NCBI GenBank assembly: GCA_965644315.1
Contig: CBFFRQ010000068.1
Location: 558,001-622,000, forward strand
Length of the DNA stretch: 64,000 nucleotides
DNA from: Caecitellus pseudoparvulus
Taxonomy: Eukaryota; Protista; Bigyra: Bicosoecida
Direction: 5' to 3'
Below the pieces are notes generated by a model that searched no databases, was not told where the DNA came from, and was given only the letters and a program-made list of their open reading frames with translations. Numbering within the stretch: the first letter of the stretch is position 1; each line of letters begins with the position of its first letter. A program made the position numbers and the translations under genes. This document shows positions 11,601-22,450 of this stretch, one piece after another.

Positions 11601-14600
11601 GCAAGGACCGCCACACCCCCTCCACACGTGGCACGGCCCCCACTGCCCTGCCCTGCCCATCAGCCAGGAAGGCTCCCTCCACCTCCACCTGCCCCAGGCC
11701 CAGTGGCGACGCCACACCCACCACATCCCGCAACGACACACACACCACAGGCTGCACATCTGCCGACACCACAGTGCGCGGCACCGTGGCAGATGACGCC
11801 CACGGCGACAGTGCGCCATACACTGGCAGCCCCGTGATATTCACTGACTGGGCGTCCTGCCCCACATGCTGGGTGGAGTTGGGATCAGGCGCCCCCCGCG
11901 TGCGCAGCGTCAGCTGGGCCGTGTTGGACTCTGGCGCAGCATCCAGTGCCGCCACACCCAGACCTGGCACCTGAGCACCACTCAATGCACCCGTGCCCCC
12001 GTACCGTGCCGTCAGCCACAACGGCACAGGCGCAGCACGCGCCACGATGGAAGCTGGCACACTGCCCGCCGCCAGCCACGACCCATCACCCCCCCCCTGC
12101 CCAGACACGCCCACACTCAGCTCCTGCGCCCGCTGAGAGTCCATGGTGTACAGCTGCAGCGGCAGCACCGACCTGGCCATGGGCGCCAGCTCCACAGCGC
12201 CGTCTGCCATGCACAGGAAGGCGCCCGTGGACCGGAAGAACACGCTGAAGCTCTGCACGGCCCCGCCAGGCGGAGTGGAGCTGTACACGTGCAGCGGCAC
12301 ACGGTACGCGTTGACGTCATCAGGCACGATGGCAGTGGGGCCCCGCACCAGCAGCTCCATGGACTCCCCCGCACCCACCGTCAGTGCGCTGCTCAGCCGC
12401 CGCCCAACCACTGTGCCCTGCAGCGTCAACACCTCCAGCAGCTCAGTCTGCGTCACCGCACCCAGACCAGCACCCACGGGCTCTGCCACACCCACCACCA
12501 CACTCACATTGCTGTCAGCCTCCTCCCCGCTGTTCTCAATGCGCAGCGGCACCGCAGAGTCGCGCACAGAGCCCTTCGCAGACACCATGTTCACCTCCCC
12601 TGACTCCACCAACGCCACCGCCAGCACCTGCGGCCCAGTCACCTCCACATACACGGCCATACTCGCGCTCGACGGCAGCCCCGTCAGCACGTCCTCCTCC
12701 ACACTGAACACCACACTGCCACTGTGCACACCCCGGGCCAAGCCACCCGTGGACACCCGCAGCGTCACCAGGTCCGGCACCTGCACACGGGGGTCGCCGT
12801 ACGTCACATTGCCCACATGCTGCAGCCACGATGTGTTGGTGGACACGGTGAAGGCGTACTCGTGGCACTGCACAAGCACTGTGATGTCTGTGGTGGCAGG
12901 GTGTGCAAGTCGCAGGGAGACGGTGTCGTTGAGGGCGCGCACTGCACCGGGGATGCGGTTGGGGGACACGGAAGGCGTGATGCTGGGCGTCACTGTCGGG
13001 GTAACAGTTGAAGAGGGAGTGACGGTGGGAGTGATGGTGACAGTGGCCGTGACACTTGGTGTGACAGTTCCCGATACAGACGGTGTGACACTGGGCGTCG
13101 CTGTGTTGCTTGGAGTGGGCGTCACGGTGCTGGTCGCAGATGGCGATGCTGACACACATGCCCCGATGCTGTCTCGCGGCAGGTTGCTCCCTCGGTTGTT
13201 CGGGCAAGAGAGGCATGATGTGCGCCCGACGTCAGGTTGGTACTCTGTGTCCTCGCACTCCGCGCACTCTACGCTGCTTACACCGTACCTGCCTGCCGCA
13301 CAAGCACCACAAGTCGTCTGCCCCGTGGCAGTGGGAGCAGTTGCATACCCTAGCACACAGTCTAGGCACACTGTCTCCGCCGTGACGTTTGTGAAGCGGC
13401 CTGCGACACACTCTGAACAAGCTGATTCTCTGGTTGATGCCCCGTACCGCCCCACCTCGCACTCAGTACACGCCGTCGCTGCCCCCGTCGAGTACTCGCC
13501 AGCACTGCACACATCACACGCTGTCGCCTGTGTGGAGCCCATGAACTCGCCAGGCGGGCAGGCTAAACATGCTGACAGGCTGCTGCTGGGCCCGTACCGC
13601 CCAGCGCCACAGGGACTACACGCACCAGCCCCAGGTGCTGCAGAGTGGAAGCCAGGGCCACATGCAGTGCACGTGGCAGGAGACACGGCGGCAGTGTGTG
13701 GTGATGCAGTGCCTGGTGCGCACAGGTGGCAGAAGGAAGAGCCTTGCGAGGCTTGGTAGGTACCGGGTCCACATTGGGTGCACGATGTATGGTTCCCCAT
13801 GCTGTCTGTGAAGGTTCCTGTTGCGCATGCTTGGCACACTGTTTGTGCCAAACTGCCTTGATATGTTCCATTGTTACATGGAATGCAAGATAGTCGGTCT
13901 GGCGCAGAGATGAAACCGGGTTGGCAGGCCACACAAGCTGATCTGCCTGAGAACTGCTGTACGAAGCCAAGGGGGCAGTCTTCACACCGACTTTGCCCAG
14001 TGACGTTTTGGTACCTGCCTGGGCCGCATTGGGTGCACTGGCTGAGCCCTGGAGTCGACGTGAATGTTCCACTGGAGCAAGGATCACAGGCGGAGTGGGG
14101 CATTCCATCGGAGGGTGTGATATAGCCAGGGGAGCAGTCCTTGCAGCCAATGGCTGCCGTGCCATTCTGCCACCGACCAGCATCGCACGCTTGGCAATGA
14201 GAAGCAGGTGTCATGAGGCTGTAGCGCCCAGCTTCGCAATCAATGCAGCTGGTTGCAGCTTGACCTTGTGGTGTGTACCGGCCGAGGGGGCAAGTCTTGC
14301 ACGAGTCTTGGGCTGTAAGGTTTTGCCACGTGCCGGATGAGCACGTCAAGCAAACTGTGTCATTCGCAGCAGCTCTAAACCCAGCCACACACTCCAAACA
14401 GGTTGAAGCTCCCGGATTTGGCTGCACCTTTCCACTTTCACAGACCTGGCAGACGCTCGCGGCGGTGCTTGCACTGAACGTTCCAGGTTGGCAGGTCTCA
14501 CAACTTGAAGAGCTCGGCGCCGAAGCAAAGAGCCCTTCTGAGCACTCCGAACACGACGTCGCGGGCGATGAGGGCGGGGAGAAGTATCCGGCCAGGCAGA

Positions 14601-16444
14601 CCTTGCAATTGTCTCGCTCTGCTTGGTCTTGCCACCTTCCATTGTTGCAAGGCAGGCATGCCAAATCGTTCGGTGCTGCAGCCAACCCTGGGGTGCAAGC
14701 CGTGCAAGTTGTCTGTCCTGCAGAATTTTGCACTCTCCCAACTTGACAAGCAGTGCAGTAAGATCGGCCAGACGCGGATGAATAGCTTCCAGGCGCACAA
14801 GCCTCACAAGACGACATGGACAAGGAGTCTCCGAAAAAACCTGGTGTACACTGAGTGCAAGAGGACTGTGCTCCCGAGGGGGGGGAGTACAAGCCTGGTG
14901 TACAAGAGTCACAATACCCTCGCTCCCCAAAAGCTTGAAACTCGCCGCCATTGCAGTTGAGACATGCAGTCTTCGCCCCATTCGATCGTTTGCCAGCTTG
15001 GCATACGGTGCAAATCGTGCCACCGCTGCCAGGTCGAACTCGGCCATTTGAGCAATCCGCACAAGCCGACGATCCAGGTGCACTTGCGAACTTTCCTGCC
15101 ACACAGTCTGTGCAGCCTGACTGCCCGGCTGGGCTGAACGTGCCAGCAGCGCAGGAGGAGCACACTGACAAACCAGTTGTAGGAGCGTACAGTCCTGAAG
15201 TGCACTGTTGGCACTGGCTAGAGCCCAAGCTTGGGGAGTACTTTCCAAGCTGACAGTCAGAGCACTCCGTTTGTCCCAGAGCCGACTGGAACTTCCCCTT
15301 CGCACACTGTTTGCAGTACTGCTGTCCAAGTCCGTTCTGGTAGAGGCCGTAGTTGCAAGGGGGGCAGAAAGCTTGCCCAGGACTCGCTTGCACACGGCCT
15401 TGCGGACAAACTATGCAGCTCGTCAATCCCGCATTGTGTGCAAACCTGCCCGCCACACAGGAGATGCAAGCCGACATTGCAGATGCGGTGCCGAACCGCC
15501 CAGTTGCACATGAATAACATGTTGTGAAGCCGCTTGTACTTGGTGGCGAATACTTGCCTGGAGTGCAGCTTTCACAAACCGATGCTCCATCCGAGTCAGA
15601 GAACCACCCGTTGCTGCAAGCTTTGCAGTTGTCCGCGCGCGGGGCGTGGTCCTGATACCGGCCAGCGTCGCAGTCCTGGCATTCATCTTTGCTCCCGTTC
15701 GGGCGCCTTCCCACGGCACAGTCAGCACAGGCAGACCTCCCACTCCCATTGCCTGTGTCCTTTTGCCCCACTCCACAATCTTGGCACACCGTCGCGCTGA
15801 AGGTGTTGCTGAACTTGCCTTTCTGGCAAGCCTGACACTCCGACTGCCCAGTTGAGCCTCCATACTTTCCAATGGCACAAATTATGCACTCTGACAAACC
15901 ATCAGAAGGACCGTATCGTCCCTGAGCAAGGGATTGGGCTCAAGTGAGCGCTAAACCGACGGGCCGATGAGAAGAGAGCTTCGTTGCACTTACTGCTTGA
16001 CAAAGCTTGCATCCACTGGATCCCGTGGCGTCCTGAAACTCACCTTCATTGCACTGTGCGCAATTTTCCTCTCCGGTCTCATCCGTGTACTTTCCCTGTG
16101 ACACGCTCACGGCGTGTGCGTTCATGTAAAATGCTTGATTTCATCTGGCGTACTCTGCGACTCACCACCGCACAGGTCTTGCAAACGTTTAAGTTGTGGT
16201 TGTTCTCATTCTGGAACAACCCCACTTGGCAGTCGTTGCATATGCTGCCACTCTGCTTGTAGGTTCCAGAAGGGCAGTTGCCCAGTTGGCGCCGAGCCAC
16301 TTGCCCGGCTCTCTGCTGGCCATCCTTGGAGCCAGTCCAGCGCGACAAGCCTCTCATGAACGCTGGCCTCCAAGAGGCGGATAGCCTCAGCTGGGCGAAA
16401 GCGAGGATAAAGCCCAAGAGAAGGGCACAGCGACGGGGATTCAT
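8620..16444 (-). CDS. Giant Cys-rich surface protein with multi-pass C-terminal domain, paralog 2 (about 2560 aa; introns 16096-16165 and 15922-15993)
   Basis: Signal peptide MNPRRCALLLGFILAFAQLRLSAS, then ARRQL-GNCPSG. Spliced exons join in frame (CKTCAV|GKYTD...CKLCQA|GRYGPSDGLSEC) to the 2425-aa ORF. Same architecture as paralog 1 with a much longer Cys-repeat array. Confidence 0.85.
8971..13782. repeat. Copy 2 of the near-identical 4.8-kb direct repeat (coding core of paralog 2)
   Basis: Direct repeat of 2482-7260. Confidence 0.95.
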
Positions 16445-17011
16445 GCCGGATTACCGCTTGTCCAGTGAGCTGGGGCCTTCGAATGCGAAGCCTCTACAAA
16501 GGCACTGCACCACCACGCCACCCGACGCGTTGGATTCGTTTGCACGATTCCAAGGCGCAACCAGCTTCCCTCTTCTTCACGAGAGAGGAAATGTGATGAT
16601 AAACTTCTAAGTCGGTACAGGCGTCCAAGGGTGGCGTGCTGAGCGAGGCACGCGGCTCCGGTGAAACTTGCGTTGGGACACCCCACAAAGCCAACTATGT
16701 AGCTCGCTGGTTGCGCGGACGCAGCAATCAATGTGTCCCAACAACAATGTTTGGCATGCTTGTTTGTCATTGAAGTTGTGGAGTATTTGTAATGTGCCTT
16801 GCTTGAGGCTTTGGCTGTTGTTGGTGGTGGGCTCGACGCGTGGGAACCGCACCAGTCCACCTTGAATGTGGACACGAGCAACAGAGTGGATCAGCACAGA
16901 GCACGGATAGGCGTCGACTCCGTTCCAGCACCAGGGCTGCTTCGCACAGTTGAGTGCGCCTTGCATTTCAGAAGGTCTCATCGTCATGATGGGCCGACCG
17001 GTGGATGAGTC

Positions 17012-18355
17012 TCAGCGACTGTACTCCGGCATGTTCACAGACCTGGCGTCGTGGGCTTTGTGGTGGTGGTACACGCGGCGCCGTGCTTGCTTGCGCTGGT
17101 TCGCTGCCCTTGCCTCCAAAACCTTCGCCCGCTGGGTTCGAATGCGGCGCTGGATGCCGTCATCATGCTGTGCAGCGATGGAGTTCTGAGCCACCACGGG
17201 CAGCAAGGTCGTGCGCATGTACGCATTTTGAGACCGGCGCGCAGCCCTATCGCGCATCGCCAGCTCGCGGTCATCCACGCTCAGTGGGCCAGGCACGTTG
17301 CCGTCTGGGTGAGGCGTGAAGGACCCTGTGGCAAAGCGAGCAGCTCCTGCTGTTGGCGCCACACCCGTGGCTTGCACGGCGTCCCAGAAGTCGCCGCCCG
17401 CCCCCTCATCATCAGATGAGTCCGAGTCGGCCCCAAAGCTGATGCTTTTCAGACCCTGGCTGCCTCCCTGCTTGCTCAGCCCCGCAGAGAGCAGCATGGC
17501 GCTCGTGGACAGTGCGCTCTGTCCTCCAGTAGCTTCGGCCAGCTTCGTCCGGCGGCCCCGCTTGGTCTTGGTTGGGGGGGGCGCCCGGTAGTCAAGAGCA
17601 GACTCACCGCCAAGCACGTAGCTTTCAGCTGTCGGGTCCGTCCGCATGGCACTGCCTGTCAGGCCTGCGCCAGGGTGCACACGAGGCCGCCTGCCAAGAG
17701 CAGACTTGCAACGACGCGGGGCAGGGCGGTCCTTGCTCTGCAGAAGCCCGCCTGAACGAGCTGCCGGCGCAGCTCGTGCACCAGCAAAGGCAGCCGCAGG
17801 TGTGGTCGCTTTGGGCCCCGAAAAACCTGTGGAGAGGGAGTCGGTTTGGCTGTTGGATCTTGGTTGCGCGCGACGTGCGTGAAGGCCACTGACCTGACGC
17901 CTCATAGGCGCGAGCAACATCGCTGTGCACTTCTCCACGTGCAACCTTTTGAGCCAATGCCAGGCGCATTATCTCTGGGCGCACCGTTCCATTCCCAGCT
18001 GTGGGCAGGGGCGAGTTCGTCAGGCATGTCGCAGTGCGACACAATCGAGACGCAGCGGCAGCTCACCTCTTGAAATCGCTTCCGCATGGCTGTATTGTTT
18101 TTGGAAGATGGAGTCCGGATGAAGAGCAGCAGTGGTGTTAGGGCGAAATCCACCTCTCTGCCCCGCCCGCTGAATCGGGGAGAAAGCCTGGCTCGCAGAG
18201 GTTTGCGGCACACGCCCACGGGCGCTCCGTGCGTAAACGCCTTCTGCAGCCGCCGAGGCCCTCATCGAAGCATTCCTCTGCTGCTTGGATCTTTGCCGGG
18301 CACGCCTGGTATCCTCTCCTGAGTACACCATGTCAGCGTTGAAGGCGTGCGCCAT
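17012..18355 (-). CDS. Hypothetical low-complexity basic protein, two introns
   Basis: Three ORF pieces join through GT-AG introns: MAHAFNAD...AISR|AGNGTVRPEIMRLALAQKVARGEVHSDVARAYEAS|GFSGPKATT...NMPEYSR*. AATGCA lies about 45 nt past the stop. No recognised family. Confidence 0.55.
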
Positions 18356-18475
18356 GCTTGCCAGTGGTGGGTGCGTGGCGGCCCGAGCCTTTTGCAGGTC
18401 AAGTGCTTCAAGCAATGCACGAGGGCGGCACTGGACCACGTGGAAAAGCTGTCAGATTGGTTAGAATGATTGAAT

Positions 18476-21400
18476 TTACAGAAGCACGCTTGCCGATGTG
18501 AGGCGGATTTCGGGGGGGGGGGTGGGTGCTGCTTGCACGCCGGCCTCTGGCTGCAGATCCACACGCTGGTCCTTGCTCTCCTCCGCGCCGCTGTCGCTAT
18601 CGCCCTCGCTACTACTGCTGCTGTCGCTGTCGTTGTCGCTACTGCTACTGCTACTGCTACTGCTACTGCTGCTGCCAATTGTAGCATCGTCATCTCCACT
18701 GACTGTGGCGACGTCAGTCGTCCGCGAAGCATCGGCAGTAGCAGGTGCCGTGGCAGGCAGAGGAGGCGCAATGGTCCGTTTCGCCGCGGCTGAGCCAAGT
18801 TCGTCAGGTTGGCCACTTGTTTCCCTTGCAGCTGCTTCTGGCAAGGGGACTCCGCCAGAGAGGCACGACGCTCCAGCGGGAATGCTGAGCACTGGCACCT
18901 GCTGGAGCAGCAGCTTGGGATTCGTGTGCCAGCTTGCTCGGGCTGGGGGGGCCTTTTTCACCGAAAGCTCCAGCGCTGCAGGATTGGTAGTGGAGCCACC
19001 AGCTGCCATCCTTTCCTTGGCGTTACGTAGCTCGGCTTTCAGCTTCGCCACCTGTGCTTCTGCAGCCTGAGCTCTGGCAGTCGCGAAGTCCGCTGTAGCA
19101 GCAGGAACCAGTGGCTGCCCAGCCACGCCAGCTGCGGCGTCAAGCAGAGCAGCAGGCTCCATTGACCCTTCAGGCATCAGAACTCTGTTTGCAGCCTTCC
19201 ATGTCTCGCGCAGCAGAGAGGGTAGAAGCTCTCGCGCGAGGCGCTGCTTCAGTGGAGCCAGCTCAGACTCGGCTGCTGCTGCAGCAGCGGCCACCTCAAG
19301 CAGGCCCCGGACGTGAGCTTCGATGCTGCGGACCAAAGCCCAGTCATTGGACTGATCGACACCGTACCCGCCCTCAAGCACGGACACAAGCCGGGGCACT
19401 GGCATGGCAGAGGCGAGTTGCGTGGCGACCCACTTGAAGTCCGCTTCGCACAAGTCTAGCTGTCCAACAGGGTCGTCTCTGTGCCCGTCAAAACCTGCAG
19501 ACACGAAGATGATATTGGGAGCGAAGGATTCCACTTCCTGCAAGACGTGCGACTGGAGGCATGACCTCCACTCCGCGCTGCCGCTGCCCGGGGTGAGGCC
19601 TTTGCAGATCAGAGTAACGTTTGCCCCGCCAGCTGAAGGCAGAACTCGTGTGTCCCGTGACCGCCCGTCCTCCGCAGAGCTGATGTTACTGGCAGGGTAT
19701 TCATCTGGGAGGTATTGGTGCACGCTGGCAAAGAGCAACGAGGGGGCGCTTGGATCAGGTCCGTCGCCGGCACGCCTGGAGCGCTTCGGGGAAGGCGGGA
19801 GGCTCTCATCGTCACTGTCTGCAGGGCGCATTAGGTAGGAAAGCGTGTCTGCGTCGGCCACTTCAGATGGGGACAGAGAAGCGTTCAAGGCCTTTGCCAT
19901 GGCGAATGAGCCGTTGCCAAAGTGCACGTCGATGTCCACGACAGCAACGCGGGCTGAAGGTGAGGCACGCAAGACAGCTGCAGCTGCAACCATGACGTTG
20001 TTGACGAGGCAAAAGCCTTGGCTGCCCCCCAATCGACTGCAGCACCCAGCATGGTGCCCCGGAGGTCGCACCAGAGCAAAGGCTGACACCCGCTCCCCTG
20101 ACAGCACGGCTTGCGTGGCCGAGAGGACAGCGCCGACGCAGTGCTGCGTCGCGACGACGGATGCAGGGGAAACAAAGGTGTCCCTCTGTTCCATCGCAGG
20201 CATTGAGTCCTCTTCCTCGTCGTCTGAGATGGGCACCAAGCCGTACCCTGCACGGGGCAAGGGGGGGCTGGGCAAACGGACGTACCTCCGGCGTTTGCGG
20301 CTGCCCCTGCCGACCTGAGACACTGCATCTGCAAGCAAACTGGACTGCGAGAGGGATGCTTGTGAGCCCAGGGGACTCAGCTGCGAGACCGGTGCTGATG
20401 GTTGAGTGCGTTCGGCTCGAAGCCCTGTCCGCTGCTCAGTCGCCTTGTCTCCGGTTTGTGTCAGACTGGCCCAGTACCCCTGACCATGCACAGCCACGAT
20501 GCCTGCGGGTGAGGCAGCAGGCCCGGAAAAATGGAAATCCAGCGCAGTCCCAAGCTTCTGCTGTAGTCTGGAGAGCGGCAGAGACACGCGCAGGGGGCCT
20601 TCCACGTGGACAGGCGGAGTCTGGTGCTTCCAGCATTGCCCTGGCGCCATGATCAGCGTTCGGCGGCGCATGGAAACGGCCAACTCCGCGAGCGCGTGGC
20701 CCAGCCCAGCCCCTTGCATGCCTGCAAACTGGTGCAAAGGCTGGTCGACGCCGAGAAAAGCCAACGCAGCGCTCGTGTGCTGGGCGGCAAACAAGGAACT
20801 GGGCAACATAAGTCCACAGGGCGTGCGGATTGAGGAGCTTGGGCGAGTTGGGGGTGGAACTTCAGAGTGTGGGATGGGGGCAGACGGTGTCGAACCCACC
20901 GCTGAGCTCGCATCAGCAGGCCGTGCCACGCTGCTTGGCATGGCTACAACTGCCCTGGCAGGTGAGGAGCGAGTAGTAGGGCTCTTCAGACCCAGAAGAG
21001 ATGTTGCCTGGTCAGGTTCGTGTGTGGTCTTGGGTGCAGCAGGCTGTGCGGGAGCCGGTGCGACCAGAGGCTGAGTGGCATCTCGATGCTCTGCCCCACG
21101 TGCACCACCCCAAGAAGCAAGCTGAGAGTGCCGTGGATGCGCCCCTGGGGGCACTGCAGCTGCACTGGGTGCGGGGCCAGGAGCTGGCAGAACTGACGAG
21201 GGGAGAGTCGAGGATGCGGCCATTGCTGAGGGTTGAGCGCCACGACTTGCTTCTTGTCCGGCCAGGACCGACATGTCTGGGTGCAAAGCTGTGAACTGGG
21301 GCGCAGGGTGTGGCACAGCTGTCCCACGGCCAGTCGCTGCCACTGCCCGTGCTTGCACTCTCGTGGATGGCAAGGAATCTGGCGCTGCGAACGAGCCAGC

Positions 21401-21973
21401 GAGTCGTTCCTCTGTGGCTTCAAGCGCCTTAGCATCCACTCTGGAATACACGCAACGAATGTGGAACTCCCACACATGCTTTTTGTGGGAATACTGAAGC
21501 TGCCCTTTCATCTCAAAGGGGCCGCCAGCGTCCAGCCCCCGGCCGGCCAGCATTCCTGAGTCGTTTGATTCGATGGCAAGGCCAATCCACTGGGTCGGCT
21601 TGGTGTGGTGGCTAGTCTGGACGGTGCCATCATATGTGTCATCACAGCGGGGGAACCCGCTGGCGAAGTTAGGTTGGCTGCGCCCTCGGCTTCTGCAGAG
21701 AGGCAGTGCAGGAAGTGTGTGCAGGCACGCCACTCCACAGCAGTAAGGGACTATGGGCGCCGTACCTGATGATGAACTCAGCTTTGACCTGATGCAGCCT
21801 TGGAGATTCAGAGACAACTATCCCGTGAAACACTCCTCTCCGTTCTCCATCCAGCTGTGCCGGAGAGGGCGGAACGTAGACGGTGCCCTGCTACCAGCGT
21901 GGAGCAAGTTCCGCAGGCAACACACCGTGAACTGGCCCGTCAACGTAAAGGAAAGCTCGAAGAATGCTTGCAT
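18476..21973 (-). CDS. Class II-like Zn-dependent histone deacetylase family protein with long N-terminal extension; two 5' introns
   Basis: RPPGHHAG, GFCLVNNV, VVDIDVHFGNG, SVHQY, SAGFDGH.DDP and LEGGY catalytic motifs are intact. Start MQAFFELSF at 21973 is inferred from splice sites. Confidence 0.85.
18608..18676. repeat. (CTACTG)n/(CTGTCG)n microsatellite encoding a poly-Ser/Asp tract of the HDAC
   Basis: ctactgctactgctactgctactgctactg run; minus strand reads GSSSSSSSSSSSSDNDSDSSSSSE. Confidence 0.85.
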
Positions 21974-22450
21974 GGTCAAGAAAGGAAAAATCGGCAGTGT
22001 CTACCGCCCAGTCGAGTTCGCAGCTTTATGCGTGCCCCTGATGGAAGTGAATGGTCGATGCCAAGCCACTGCCGTTGAGCCGTTGTTGGCTGTGTGCCTT
22101 TCCTCGCAGGGATCTGACCATCGAGAACAGCACCCAAAGTGTGAAACCAATGCACCCAACAGCACCATCTTCTGCCGTCCGAATGTGTCCCACGGTCGTG
22201 GACTGTTGGATGCTCAGGTGGGCCGAAGTTCGCTTTGTTCGGGGGGCTGGCTGCGTGAATTCGCCCTTTCCTTTCCGCACAACGGAATCCAGCAGCGAGA
22301 CAAAACAATTATTGACTGCAAGAAGATGTCATATTGTACTTACACTTCTCGATCACCACTTGCTCGTGGTCTGTAGCCTTCAAGAGGCATCTCAAACCAC
22401 TTCAGCAGCGCAACTTGCGTAGGGTGCACGTGGCTCGAGTCAAGGCTGCC

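Noticed and set aside
2482-13782. The 4.8-kb direct repeats as LTRs or a mobile element
   Set aside because: They are in-frame parts of host membrane-protein genes; no transposase, RT, terminal repeats or target-site duplication.
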